A stretch of DNA of 49,868 nt from an uncultured Dehalococcoidales bacterium (GTDB taxonomy: Bacteria > Chloroflexota > Dehalococcoidia > Dehalococcoidales > JAUYDJ01): contig CAZMTT010000002.1 of assembly GCA_964569555.1 (NCBI GenBank), positions 1 to 49,868 of the forward strand. The letters run 5' to 3'. This document shows positions 7,652 to 17,107 of the stretch, piece by piece. Made by a program: the position numbers and the translations under genes. The notes beneath the pieces were generated by a model. The model saw nothing but the letters and a program-made list of their open reading frames with translations, made no database searches and was not told the origin of the DNA. The number at the start of each line of letters is the position of its first letter. Within the stretch, counting starts at the first letter, position 1.

Positions 7652-8677
7652 ATGATTAAAGAAGCGATTGGCTCTCTGGTTTCAGGGCGTTCCCTGACTA
7701 TGGACGAAGCCGCTCTGGTGATGGAAGAGATAATGCAGGGGGAGGCCACTCAGGCTCAATTCGGTGCCTTTGTCACCGCCCTCAGGCTCAAGGGGGAGAC
7801 GGTTGACGAAATCGTTGGCCTGGCCAGGACGATGAGGTCTAAAGTAGTGCCCGTGGTTACCGCTGGAGCGGTGGTGGATACCTGCGGTACTGGTGGTGAC
7901 GGTTCATGCACTTTCAACATCTCGACAACGGCTGCCTTTGTGGCCGCCGGCGCCGGGCTTAAAGTGGCCAAGCACGGCAACCGGGCGATGAGCAGCCAGT
8001 GCGGCAGTGCCGATGTGCTGGAGGCACTGGGCGTCAGGATTGACCTCAATGCGGGGCAGGTGCAGAGATGCTTGGAGGAGGTGGGGATGGGTTTCATGTT
8101 CGCCCCGATATTTCATCCGGCGATGAAATATGCGGTGGCACCCCGGCGCGAGATAGGCATCCGCACCGTGTTCAATATCCTCGGCCCGCTGACCAATCCG
8201 GCTGGCGCTCAGGCTCAGGTGCTGGGGGTGGCTGATAGCTTGCTCGCCGAGAAGATGGCTTCGGTGCTTCACGGTCTGGGCTGCAAGCATGCCTTGGTGG
8301 TTCATGGTGACGACGGCCTGGATGAAGTTACCGTTACCGGTAAAACAGAGGTCTACGAGGTAAAAGATAATTATATCGAGAGCTACTTCATCAGTCCGGA
8401 GGACTTCGGGTTACCCCGGGCTGACCTGGACTGCCTGCGGGGGGGCACCGCTGCCGAAAATGCTGCCTGTCTCCGTAACATCCTGGCCGGTGCTACCGGT
8501 CCCCAGCGGGATGTGGTGCTGCTGAATGCGGCGGCGGCACTGATGGTGGGCGGCGGGGTGGACACCCTCCAGCAGGGGATAGCCCGGGCGAGGGAGATAA
8601 TAGACAGTGGCCAGGCTACGGCCAAGCTGGAGCAGCTGGTCAGGTTTAGCCAGAGCCTGGTTCGGGAGGGGGAGTGA
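7652..8677 (+). CDS. trpD: Anthranilate phosphoribosyltransferase
   Basis: 341 aa with CGTGGDG, KHGNRA and NPAG motifs. Confidence 0.95.
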   Translation: MIKEAIGSLVSGRSLTMDEAALVMEEIMQGEATQAQFGAFVTALRLKGETVDEIVGLARTMRSKVVPVVTAGAVVDTCGTGGDGSCTFNISTTAAFVAAGAGLKVAKHGNRAMSSQCGSADVLEALGVRIDLNAGQVQRCLEEVGMGFMFAPIFHPAMKYAVAPRREIGIRTVFNILGPLTNPAGAQAQVLGVADSLLAEKMASVLHGLGCKHALVVHGDDGLDEVTVTGKTEVYEVKDNYIESYFISPEDFGLPRADLDCLRGGTAAENAACLRNILAGATGPQRDVVLLNAAAALMVGGGVDTLQQGIARAREIIDSGQATAKLEQLVRFSQSLVREGE

Positions 8678-9450
8678 TTTTAGACCGGATTGTCGCCGAT
8701 AGCCAGCTTGAGCTGGCAGAGAAAAAACACAGCTTGCCACTGGCGGAGCTGAGAAAGTTGGCGCGGGCGCAACCGCCACCGCTGGACTTGGCTTCGGCGC
8801 TGCGCGGCGATGGCGTCAGGCTTATTGCCGAGGTCAAAAAGGCGTCGCCCTCCCGGGGCGTTATCCGTGCCGATTTTGACCCGGTGGCGATAGCCCGGAT
8901 TTATGCCGCTAACGGGGCAGCGGCGATATCAATACTGACGGAGAGCAAATACTTCCAGGGTAGCCTTAATGACTTAAAAGACATCAGAAACGGGCTGGCG
9001 AATAAGGGGTTGCCCCTGCTGCGCAAGGACTTTATCTTTGACCCCTATCAGGTCTACCAGTCCCGTGCCTATGGCGCCGACAGCCTGCTTCTTATCGTGG
9101 CTATCCTGACGCCGGAGAAGCTCGGCGAACTGCTGGAACTGAGCCATGAATTAAATATGGGCTGTCTGGTAGAGGTGCATAATGAAGCCGAACTGGAAAT
9201 TGCGCTGAAGAGCGAAGCCAGGATTATCGGTATCAACAACCGCGATTTAAAGACTTTGGCTGTGGACCTGACCGTTACCCGGCGTATCTGTCCCCTCATC
9301 CCCCCGGATAGAATCGTGGTCAGCGAAAGCGGCCTAAAAGACCGTAGCGATATTGAAAAAGTGAAAGGGTGGGGGGTGGATGCGGTCCTGGTTGGCGAAT
9401 CTTTAGTGTCGGCGGCGGATATTGCCGCTAAGATGCGGGAGCTGCTATGA
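8674..9450 (+). CDS. trpC: Indole-3-glycerol-phosphate synthase
   Basis: 258 aa with [18 protein letters not shown] and INNRDL motifs. 4-nt overlap with trpD. Confidence 0.95.
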   Translation: MILDRIVADSQLELAEKKHSLPLAELRKLARAQPPPLDLASALRGDGVRLIAEVKKASPSRGVIRADFDPVAIARIYAANGAAAISILTESKYFQGSLNDLKDIRNGLANKGLPLLRKDFIFDPYQVYQSRAYGADSLLLIVAILTPEKLGELLELSHELNMGCLVEVHNEAELEIALKSEARIIGINNRDLKTLAVDLTVTRRICPLIPPDRIVVSESGLKDRSDIEKVKGWGVDAVLVGESLVSAADIAAKMRELL

Positions 9451-10106
9451 CCAGAATTAAAATCTGTGGCCTGACCGGGGTAGAGACGGCTCTGGCGGCG
9501 GCTAGAGCTGGCGCTGATTTCCTGGGGTTGGTCTTCGCCCCCAGCCGGCGTCAGCTCTCTGCGGAAGAGGCGTTGCCCATAGTGGCGGCGGTTCATGAGC
9601 TAAAACCCCGCCCGGCGCTGGTGGGCGTTTTTGTCAACGCCCCGGCTGAGGAGGTTAATGCTATTGCTGACTATTGCTGGCTGGACCGGGTGCAGCTCAG
9701 CGGTGATGAGACCTGGCGCTACTGCCGCCATATTAAGCACCCGATTATCAAAGTAGTCCACGTGCCCGCCGCCAAGAGGGCGGAATCAGTGATATACAAG
9801 ATAGATATGGGCTACCGTCTCTGCCCGGAAGGTGAGCTTATCTGCCTGCTTGATTCGCCGGTCAAAAATGCTTATGGTGGAACTGGCGAAGTCTTTGACT
9901 GGCAGCTGGCCAGAGAGGTATCGGCCCGCTTTCCGGTGATTGTCGCCGGGGGACTCACCCCGGATAATGTCGGCCAGCTGGTCAGTGTCGCCCGACCGTG
10001 GGGGGTTGATGTCTCCAGTGGTGTCGAGACTAACGGTCAAAAAGACGCTTTAAAAATCAGTGCCTTTGTGGAGATGGTGAAAAGAGCCGATAAGGAGGCG
10101 GGATGA
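9447..10106 (+). CDS. trpF: Phosphoribosylanthranilate isomerase
   Basis: 219 aa, IKICGLT ... GADFLGLVF ... VQLSGDE ... AGGL. 4-nt overlap on both sides. Confidence 0.93.
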   Translation: MTRIKICGLTGVETALAAARAGADFLGLVFAPSRRQLSAEEALPIVAAVHELKPRPALVGVFVNAPAEEVNAIADYCWLDRVQLSGDETWRYCRHIKHPIIKVVHVPAAKRAESVIYKIDMGYRLCPEGELICLLDSPVKNAYGGTGEVFDWQLAREVSARFPVIVAGGLTPDNVGQLVSVARPWGVDVSSGVETNGQKDALKISAFVEMVKRADKEAG

Positions 10107-11317
10107 CCTTAGACAGAAAAGAGGCGGCTCGGCTGCCCGATAATAGGGGATACTTTGGCAGCTACGGCGGGCGGTTTGTCCCCGAGACGCTGGTGCCGGC
10201 GCTGGATGAGCTGGCCGCAGCCTATAAAGAGGCAAAGGCTAGCTCTGCCTTCTGGGATGAGTTTAACTCGCTCTCCCGCAGTTACTCGGGAAGACCAACC
10301 CCGCTCTACCTGGCGGAAAGATTAACCGAGCAGGGCGGGGGCGCCCGCATTTTCTTGAAAAGAGAAGATTTGGCCCATACTGGCGCCCACAAGATTAACA
10401 ATGCCCTGGGGCAGGGGCTGCTGGCCAAAAGAATGGGCAAGAAAAGAATTATCGCCGAGACCGGAGCCGGTCAGCATGGGGTGGCTACGGCGGCGGTATG
10501 TGCCATGTTCGGGCTGGAGTGCATTGTCTATATGGGTGAGGAGGACATGCGCCGTCAGGCGCTTAATGTCTTCCGGATGAGGCTGATGGGTGCCGAGGTC
10601 AGGCCGGTTGCCAGCGGCAGCCGCACACTGAAGGATGCCATCAACGAGGCAATAAGGGACTGGGTAAGCAATGTCGGCGATACCCACTATCTGCTCGGCT
10701 CGGTGGTCGGCCCTCACCCCTACCCCGAGATGGTGCGTGACTTTCAGTCAATAATCGGCCGGGAAACCAGGCAGCAGATACTGGATAGTGCCGGGCGCCT
10801 GCCCGACTATATCGTTGCCTGTGTCGGCGGCGGCAGCAATGCCATCGGTATTTTCTACTCTTTCTTAAATGATAAAGAGGTCAGGCTTATCGGGGTGGAG
10901 GCAGCCGGGAGGGGGCTTGAGACCGGCGAGCATGCCGCTTCACTGGGAGCGGGCAGGGTAGGCGTGCTCCACGGGACGAAGTCCTATGTGCTTCAGGACA
11001 AGGATGGCCAGATTCGGGAGACGCACAGCGTTTCGGCGGGGCTGGACTATCCCGGCGTCGGCCCGGAGCACAGCTATCTCAAGGATACCGGGCGTGCCAC
11101 CTATGTTGCCGTGAACGACAGCGAAGCCCTGGAGGGCTTTCAGCTGCTCTGCCAGACCGAGGGCATTACCCCTGCCCTGGAACCGGCGCACGCTATATTC
11201 TATGCCGTCAAAATGGCTAGTTCGCTGGATAAAAAACAGATTATTATCGTCAATTTATCCGGGCGGGGCGACAAGGATATGGATATTGTGGCCGAAGCAC
11301 TGGGGGTGGAGCGGTGA
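10103..11317 (+). CDS. trpB: Tryptophan synthase beta chain
   Basis: 404 aa with the PLP lysine motif [17 protein letters not shown] and GGGSNAIG. Confidence 0.96.
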   Translation: MTLDRKEAARLPDNRGYFGSYGGRFVPETLVPALDELAAAYKEAKASSAFWDEFNSLSRSYSGRPTPLYLAERLTEQGGGARIFLKREDLAHTGAHKINNALGQGLLAKRMGKKRIIAETGAGQHGVATAAVCAMFGLECIVYMGEEDMRRQALNVFRMRLMGAEVRPVASGSRTLKDAINEAIRDWVSNVGDTHYLLGSVVGPHPYPEMVRDFQSIIGRETRQQILDSAGRLPDYIVACVGGGSNAIGIFYSFLNDKEVRLIGVEAAGRGLETGEHAASLGAGRVGVLHGTKSYVLQDKDGQIRETHSVSAGLDYPGVGPEHSYLKDTGRATYVAVNDSEALEGFQLLCQTEGITPALEPAHAIFYAVKMASSLDKKQIIIVNLSGRGDKDMDIVAEALGVER

Positions 11318-12039
11318 GCCGTATTTCAGCTGTTTTTAGCCAAACGGGGCATAAGGCGCTTATCCCTTATATCACCGTGGGTTACCCCAGCCTGGAAGCT
11401 ACTTTAGAGGTAGTCCCTCTGCTTGCCGCTGGCGGTTGCGACATCGTGGAGCTGGGGATACCCTTCTCCGACCCCCAGCACTGTTTTGAGGTCGCCGGGC
11501 AGCTCAGCCGGAAGGTTAAAACGCCCCTGGTGTTTATGACCTATTTTAACCTGGTGCTCAGTTACGGGCTGGACAGATTCGGCAGTGACTGTGCTCGCTC
11601 TGGAGTGAGCGGCTTAATCATCCCTGACCTGCCCCCGGAGGAGGGTGATGAGGTAGAGGCTATGGCTCGGCAGCAGGGTCTTGACCTGGTTTATCTCCTG
11701 GCGCCGACCAGTACCGAAGCGCGCATCAAGCTGGTGGCGGGGAGGGCGGGGGGTTTTATCTATCTGGTCTCGGTAACCGGGGTGACCGGAGCCAGAGACA
11801 GATTACCCCAGAACCTGTCTGCATTTGTCGCCAGGGTGAGAAAGATAGCCCGCCAGCCGCTCTGCGTTGGCTTTGGCATATCTACCCCGGAACAGGCAAA
11901 AGAAGTAGCCCGAATTGCTGACGGGGTGATTGTGGGTAGCCGCATTATTCAGCTAATGGAAGCCGACCGGTCGCTGGCAGAGGTAGCCGGGTTTATCCGG
12001 GAACTGAGGCGTGCCCTGGACCAGGCGGATAAGATTTAG
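11314..12039 (+). CDS. trpA: Tryptophan synthase alpha chain, short variant apparently lacking the LADGPxIQ catalytic loop
   Basis: 241 aa. [10 protein letters not shown] is followed directly by QHCFEV... In remembered E. coli and B. subtilis TrpA, about 21 residues (LADGPTIQNA...GVTP) sit between these. The rest ([15 protein letters not shown]) is typical. Confidence 0.85.
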   Translation: MSRISAVFSQTGHKALIPYITVGYPSLEATLEVVPLLAAGGCDIVELGIPFSDPQHCFEVAGQLSRKVKTPLVFMTYFNLVLSYGLDRFGSDCARSGVSGLIIPDLPPEEGDEVEAMARQQGLDLVYLLAPTSTEARIKLVAGRAGGFIYLVSVTGVTGARDRLPQNLSAFVARVRKIARQPLCVGFGISTPEQAKEVARIADGVIVGSRIIQLMEADRSLAEVAGFIRELRRALDQADKI

Positions 12040-12089
12040 ATTTACCTGGACCTGATTGGGCACTATAAAATTCAGGATTTAATTCGTTA

Positions 12090-12200
12090 TTAGCCTCCAA
12101 AAAGAACGTAGAAAACCAACAGCAAAGCCAGAAGCCCCAGCGTGGAAAATAGTGCCACAAAGCCAAATGTTATCAAAGATGGAATGCCTTTTTCTTCCAT
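12090..12200 (-). CDS. Unannotated 36-aa hydrophobic peptide
   Basis: MEEKGIPSLITFGFVALFSTLGLLALLLVFYVLFGG. Strong SD aggagg 7 nt upstream of the ATG at 12200. Lies directly downstream of the c-subunit gene. Below the ORF-track size cut-off. Confidence 0.6.
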   Translation of the reverse strand: MEEKGIPSLITFGFVALFSTLGLLALLLVFYVLFGG

Positions 12201-12229
12201 AATTCTGCCTCCTGTTCTCCCTTCTACTA

Positions 12230-12460
12230 CTATAAAATCATAGCCAGGACAATGGCTATAATGAGGGCGTAAATCCCGATAGCCTCAGCAAAGGCAGTCG
12301 ACAGTATCATATTGGTCATAATTGCCTGCTTTGCCTCGGGGTTACGGGCTATCCCTCCCATAGCCGAATAACCGATAAGTCCGATAGCCAGTGCTGGTCC
12401 GGCTAATCCTAGACTACCAATTATAGCCACCGCCAACATTTTCACTACTTCAACTTCCAT
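12230..12460 (-). CDS. atpE: F-type ATP synthase subunit c (proteolipid), orphan copy
   Basis: 76 aa, two TM helices. Gly-rich helix 1 (GLAGPALAIGLIG), polar loop GIARNPE (canonical ARQPE), carboxylate helix AFAEAIGIYALI. No a, b, delta, alpha, gamma, beta or epsilon genes adjacent. Confidence 0.85.
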   Translation of the reverse strand: MEVEVVKMLAVAIIGSLGLAGPALAIGLIGYSAMGGIARNPEAKQAIMTNMILSTAFAEAIGIYALIIAIVLAMIL

Positions 12461-12463
12461 TTT

Positions 12464-12697
12464 TTATACCCTCCCCTCTTTATGCCCGAATAATATAATC
12501 TCGCGGATGCCAAAGACGACTAATATTTGGCTGATAACAATGCCGGTCACGGCGCATTCCAGAATCATGCCGCACATACGGCCAATCCATATCCCCACGC
12601 CTATACCGAGAAGAATAAGTATCAACACAAAGATGAATATTATCCCTGACTTAATGACCCGCTCACGCGAGTCCATGTCCACATCTTTTAGTTTCAT
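12464..12697 (-). CDS. Small two-TM membrane protein (AtpZ/AtpI-like by position and size only), 77 aa
   Basis: SD ggaaggagg upstream. Two hydrophobic helices. Sits 3 nt upstream of the c-subunit gene. Any relation to AtpZ is speculative. Confidence 0.6.
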   Translation of the reverse strand: MKLKDVDMDSRERVIKSGIIFIFVLILILLGIGVGIWIGRMCGMILECAVTGIVISQILVVFGIREIILFGHKEGRV

Positions 12698-12744
12698 ACC
12701 AGACCTCCTTCCAATATGGTTCGCCGGCGATCACCATATATTGC

Positions 12745-13446
12745 CTATGGTTGTGAAAAGGCCTGTTGCCGCAGGTCGCTTTTCATTTCATTATTTTGGT
12801 TACCGCTATTTAGCAAGCCTCGGGTAGTTGCCAGCGCTGCCGCCTGGGTCCGGTTCTTGGCGTTGAGCTTGTCCAAAATCCGGGTCAATCGGGCCTTGAC
12901 CATGGTCTCGCTGACCTGGCAGTGCTCGGCAATCTCACGGTTGGTGGCGCCCTGGGCGACCAACACCAGGGTCTCTTTCTCATTCGGGCTGAGGCTTTTG
13001 AACCCGTTTATACTTTGCCAGTTGGTATTCTTCAGCTGCGTCAGTACCTTGGCTGTCATCAGGGGGAAGACAATGGCGTTGCCGCTAGCCACCAGACGGA
13101 TAGACTCAATAACCTCGGTCAGTTCGGCCGTTTTCATCATGTAGCCACAAGCCCCGGCCATTATTGATTTAAAGACATCATCTTTATTGTTGGAAACGGT
13201 AAAGATGAGCACCTTGATATTGGGAAACGCCTGCCGCAGCCGGGTAATGTCATCCACTCCCCCACCGCTGGGCATAAAGATGTCGGTAATGACAATATCC
13301 GGCTGGAGCTCGCCTAATTTTGTAAGTGCCTCCGAAACATTAGCGGCATCACCCACCACCTGGAACTCCGGGTACTCGCCCAGAGCCGATAACAAACCAT
13401 GGCGGGACAGCGCACTACTATCTATCATAAATATGTGAACCATCAC
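12745..13446 (-). CDS. Response regulator, NarL/LuxR family, 233 aa
   Basis: Receiver domain (phospho-acceptor in DIVITDIFMP, T in IFTVS, K in GYMMK) plus a C-terminal LuxR HTH (LSPNEKETLVLVAQGATNREIAEHCQVSETMVKARLTRILDKL). Confidence 0.9.
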   Translation of the reverse strand: MMVHIFMIDSSALSRHGLLSALGEYPEFQVVGDAANVSEALTKLGELQPDIVITDIFMPSGGGVDDITRLRQAFPNIKVLIFTVSNNKDDVFKSIMAGACGYMMKTAELTEVIESIRLVASGNAIVFPLMTAKVLTQLKNTNWQSINGFKSLSPNEKETLVLVAQGATNREIAEHCQVSETMVKARLTRILDKLNAKNRTQAAALATTRGLLNSGNQNNEMKSDLRQQAFSQP

Positions 13447-13689
13447 CCTGGCCTCCCTGCTGTCTATCGCTCACCCATTTTGGGCTGCTAACCAGCCTAA
13501 CTAATTGTCTTATCTTCTCAGGCTCGGTTCAATCCGCCAGAATGTGGATTTTAGTGAAAAAGTGCGTAGCCGTATTGGGCATATCGGACAGGTAAATTTG
13601 GCTGATAAGCACTAAGTGATTCTATCGCTGAGCTACGCAAAATTACGTAAATTTCGCCAATCAGGGGGATATTGATTGACAGTATCATT

Positions 13690-13728
13690 TAGGTGGGGAT
13701 ACCATATAGGTAGGTGGAGATACCATAT
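13690..13728 (+). promoter_or_regulatory. Two 18-bp direct repeats (candidate response-regulator binding site)
   Basis: taggtggGgataccatat (13690-13707) and taggtggAgataccatat (13711-13728) share 17/18 positions with a 21-bp period. They end about 9 nt before a TATAAA (13737-13742) upstream of the regulator gene at 13764. Confidence 0.55.
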
Positions 13729-13763
13729 CGGCGTGATATAAATACTTATCGAGTGGGGGTGTT

Positions 13764-14423
13764 ATGGAGAAGACGAGGTTACTGATTGCCGATGACCACC
13801 CCGCATTTCGGGAAGGATTATCACGGCTCCTTGAGGAGGAAGAGGACCTGGAGTGCGTCGGCATATCGGCGGACGGCGAAGAAGCTGTCAGGATGGTCGA
13901 GGAGCTGCACCCGGATGTAGCCATAATTGATGTCAGCATGCCCAATCTCGACGGCATTAAAGCCACCGAGAAAATCAAAGCGGCTTGCCCCGACACGGCT
14001 GTCCTCATAATAAGTGCCTTTGATTATCAGTCATATATACTGGCTTCTCTCAAAGCGGGGGCATCAGGATATATGTCTAAAGATAGGCCCCTGAAGGAAC
14101 TGATTAGTGCTATCCGTCTGGTACGTGGCGGGGACAGTATACTTGACCTTAAAGCTACCGATACCATTGTGCAATGTCTAATTGATAGTGAGCGTGGTGG
14201 TAAGACGGGTTTAGACGAGTTGCAGTCTCGTGAGCTGGATGTAATCAAACTAACCGCCAAGGGTCTGAGCAATAAAGATATTGCCAATGAGCTTTTTATC
14301 AGCGAGCGCACGGTCCAGACCCATTTAATCAACATCTTCCGAAAGCTGGGCGTTAATTCACGCACTCAGGCCGTGCTCTATGCTTTGAAGAAAGGCTGGA
14401 TCACCATCAGCGATGTGCCCTGA
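13764..14423 (+). CDS. Response regulator, NarL/LuxR family, 219 aa
   Basis: LLIADDHPAFREGL, DVAIIDVSMP and the LuxR HTH LQSRELDVIKLTAKGLSNKDIANELFISERTVQTHLINIFRKL. Confidence 0.93.
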   Translation: MEKTRLLIADDHPAFREGLSRLLEEEEDLECVGISADGEEAVRMVEELHPDVAIIDVSMPNLDGIKATEKIKAACPDTAVLIISAFDYQSYILASLKAGASGYMSKDRPLKELISAIRLVRGGDSILDLKATDTIVQCLIDSERGGKTGLDELQSRELDVIKLTAKGLSNKDIANELFISERTVQTHLINIFRKLGVNSRTQAVLYALKKGWITISDVP

Positions 14424-14454
14424 GAATTAGCCCTCGTGGTTCCTGAGGTATGAT

Positions 14455-15912
14455 TTGGTGCGCTATTTATCGTTGAGTCAGCTGACGAGGAACATGCGCC
14501 GGCCAGGTTTCTGGCTTATTTTCGTTTTACTCGTACTTATCACGCTTCTTCACTATGTGGAGACCTTGGGGTTCACGTTGTTCCACGTCCCAATAATGGC
14601 CGACCTTGGCTTAGACCGACATGCCTTTGAGAGAATTCTCTATCTAGTGCCTATATTCTTGGCTGGCTTTATATTTAGCTGGAGGGGAGCCTTCGTCACT
14701 TCATTAGTTGCCCTTGCCGGCATGTTACCTCGCGCCATCTTCATTACGCCGCACCCGCTAGATTCCCTTCTTGAAACCGGCGCTGTTTTCACCGTCGGCA
14801 ATGCTGTATCCATTGCTTTCGCCTCGCTCCGTAGGGAGCGGGAATACCGTGCCCGGCTAGAAGTGGCCCAGCGGGAACAGCGGTTATTCGAAGAGAAATA
14901 TCGGGAGTTATTTGAAAGCGCTAACGATGCCATCTGGATTCATAATTTGGCGGGAAATATTGTCGTCGCTAATAAAGCCTCGGCTACTCTTACCGGATAT
15001 AGTTTGAAGGAATTATCTACCATAAAGTCGCAAAACTTGTTCACCAAGGGCAGTTTAGACGATATTGTTCACCTAAAAGACCTGCCCTTTAAGAACAAGG
15101 TGCCTAGCCATCTCTCCGAGGCAAAGATAATAAAGAAAGACAAGAGTGAGGCACATGTCCAGTTGTCTACCAATCCTGTTTTTAGTAACGGGCAAATTGT
15201 AGGTTTTCAACATATTGCCCGGGATATCACTGAGCAAAAACGGATGCAGGAGAACCTCCGCTTCTACTTGCACCAGATTACCCGGGCTCAGGAAGAAGAG
15301 CGAAAGCGTATAGCTCGCGCGATACACGACGAGTCAGTTCAGTCCCTGGCTTCTTTGGCGCATAAAATTGAAGCTACAGCCGCCAAGAAGGCAAGATTGC
15401 CCGAGGATATTGTTCAGTACCTGGAAGGACTTTGCGCTGAGGCTAAGGGCATAATGAACGGGTTGCGACGCTTTAGCCATGGATTACGCCCCGGGGTTTT
15501 AGACCAGGTAGGTCTGGGTTCAGCACTGGAGCTTTTAGCTGAAGAGCTGGGTAGTGAGCAGAATATCAGTACTAGTCTTGAGATAAGTGGTCCTGAGCGA
15601 CGCTTGGAGCCTGAGGTGGAACTGGCCCTATTCCGTATCGCTCAAGAAGCACTGAGCAATATCAGGCGGCACTCCGGAGCCAAAAAGGTTGAAGTGAAAT
15701 TGCTATTTTCGGACCGGAAGGTCCAACTGACTATTTCTGATAACGGAAGGGGTTTCCAGTTACCGGAAGTGCTGGGCGACCTGGCTACTGAGGGTAAACT
15801 GGGTCTGGTCGGTATGCAGGAACGCACCCGCTTGTTCAACGGCAAGTTCTCGGTTAGGTCAGTAGTCGGTAGGGGAACAGTAGTGGTGGTAGAGGTGAGT
15901 GAAAAAGTCTGA
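14455..15912 (+). CDS. Sensor histidine kinase (membrane domain, PAS, HisKA_3, HATPase_c)
   Basis: N-terminal TM segments, a PAS-like region (YRELFESANDAIWIH), H-box RIARAIHDESVQSL, and ATPase motifs (EALSNIRRH, DNGRGF, GLVGMQER). Start may be TTG 14455, GTG 14458 or ATG 14494. Confidence 0.9.
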   Translation: MVRYLSLSQLTRNMRRPGFWLIFVLLVLITLLHYVETLGFTLFHVPIMADLGLDRHAFERILYLVPIFLAGFIFSWRGAFVTSLVALAGMLPRAIFITPHPLDSLLETGAVFTVGNAVSIAFASLRREREYRARLEVAQREQRLFEEKYRELFESANDAIWIHNLAGNIVVANKASATLTGYSLKELSTIKSQNLFTKGSLDDIVHLKDLPFKNKVPSHLSEAKIIKKDKSEAHVQLSTNPVFSNGQIVGFQHIARDITEQKRMQENLRFYLHQITRAQEEERKRIARAIHDESVQSLASLAHKIEATAAKKARLPEDIVQYLEGLCAEAKGIMNGLRRFSHGLRPGVLDQVGLGSALELLAEELGSEQNISTSLEISGPERRLEPEVELALFRIAQEALSNIRRHSGAKKVEVKLLFSDRKVQLTISDNGRGFQLPEVLGDLATEGKLGLVGMQERTRLFNGKFSVRSVVGRGTVVVVEVSEKV

Positions 15913-15958
15913 AATACGGCACTAATGCTCCCGGAAAACCACACTATCCGGCCAGTAA

Positions 15959-16171
15959 TTAGAACCGGTATTTTACCCGTGTTACCCCGGACTCGGTTGA
16001 TATTTCAAAGCGATTGCGATTTTGTTTGATTACCCTTACAATATCGCTTCGCCTGACTTGCTGACTTAACATAATAGATGCTCTATCCTGTAATTCCTCG
16101 ATGCTATATGACCTGACCCCGCCTTTTAATATTGTCATCAGTGTTGAGCTTACCATGGCATCTACTATCAC
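15959..16171 (-). CDS. Small basic hypothetical protein, 70 aa
   Basis: GTG start with SD aaggag 8 nt upstream. AT-richer than the flanks. No recognisable motif. Confidence 0.5.
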   Translation of the reverse strand: MIVDAMVSSTLMTILKGGVRSYSIEELQDRASIMLSQQVRRSDIVRVIKQNRNRFEISTESGVTRVKYRF

Positions 16172-16262
16172 GATATCTTCTCCTTTACTTGGTTTCTCCC
16201 TATTTTACCTTATCCGGACCCAATTTTGCCGGGCAGAGCCGGCCGTTTTGTTAGGGCACGGC

Positions 16263-16769
16263 TTACTCCGGAGAGGGGGTGAGTCGGAGCTCGAATTTCT
16301 GTTCGTTGAGCTCGGCGCCCCAGTGGTTTCCCTGCCGCTGCTCTACCAGTGTGAAGCCGTTCTTGTCGTAGAGGTGTCTCGCCGCGTGGAGGCCCTCAAA
16401 GCTCCACAGAAACAGCCGCGGGTAGCCCCGGTTCCGGCAAAAGTCGATAGCGGTGCTGACCAGCCGGTTGCCGATGCCTCTGCCGCGCAGGGCATCCGAG
16501 ATGACAAACCACCGGATATGGGCTCCCTTGTCTTCAGCATGGAGCCCGTCGACGGTAATAGAACCTTCAATACGACCCTCCAGCGATGCCGTCCAGAAGC
16601 CATCACGCTTCTCGTCATACCGCCCGATGAACTCGGCAAGCTCGGTGGCTATCCTTCTCTCGAAGAAATGGCCGAAACCCCAGTGCTGGTGGTAGTAGGT
16701 GCCGTGAATTTCGACAACTCGACCGATAGCGCCGGGGATATAACCTCTCACTATTTCCACATCTGACAT
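16263..16769 (-). CDS. GNAT family N-acetyltransferase
   Basis: Acetyl-CoA binding motif RGRGIGNRLV. ATG at 16769 preferred (SD ggagg 7 nt upstream) over the track start at 16799. Confidence 0.85.
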   Translation of the reverse strand: MSDVEIVRGYIPGAIGRVVEIHGTYYHQHWGFGHFFERRIATELAEFIGRYDEKRDGFWTASLEGRIEGSITVDGLHAEDKGAHIRWFVISDALRGRGIGNRLVSTAIDFCRNRGYPRLFLWSFEGLHAARHLYDKNGFTLVEQRQGNHWGAELNEQKFELRLTPSPE

Positions 16770-16941
16770 GTAAAGCCTCCGGATTGCCCTGGCTTGCACC
16801 GCCCAGCTACTGAGTGTAATATAAATACCAGGTTAAGTATAGCACCTTAAAATACCTCTTTTTATATCGGCTTAACGCATTTTTGCTCGATTTCCAGCCT
16901 TAGCCTTGTGATATAATAATTCAGATAAAGGGGGGTTTAGT

Positions 16942-17079
16942 ATGAAATGTCCTGATTGCGGCAAAAAAATTGAAAAGATAAACGCCAAACCGATAAAGTT
17001 CGAAAAATTTGAAATTCTGGTCGTTTTGTGTCCCCTGTGTGAAGCGGTACTGGGTGCGGTCAACAAGGTGAAAAAATAG
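16942..17079 (+). CDS. Unannotated zinc-ribbon peptide, 45 aa
   Basis: MKCPDCGKKIEKINAKPIKFEKFEILVVLCPLCEAVLGAVNKVKK has a CxxC...CxxC pattern. SD aaagggggg upstream, and an extended -10 TGaTATAAT about 30 nt upstream. Confidence 0.6.
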   Translation: MKCPDCGKKIEKINAKPIKFEKFEILVVLCPLCEAVLGAVNKVKK

Positions 17080-17107
17080 CGCCGGGTGTTAAAGATGTAC
17101 CGGCAGA

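Noticed and set aside
12090-12200. 36-aa peptide as a truncated ATP synthase b subunit (pseudogene)
   Set aside because: No similarity to the b-subunit N-terminus beyond hydrophobicity, and there is no downstream remnant of a b-subunit coding frame. Treated as an independent small ORF.
13563-13640. Inverted 8-mer tgcgtagc / gctacgca in the regulator intergenic region
   Set aside because: The arms are about 60 nt apart with no supporting structure or second copy. Too weak to call an operator or RNA element.
16101-16766. 221-aa plus-strand ORF
   Set aside because: It is antisense to the GNAT acetyltransferase, which has a clear RGRGIG motif and SD, and it overlaps the 70-aa gene start. Shadow ORF.
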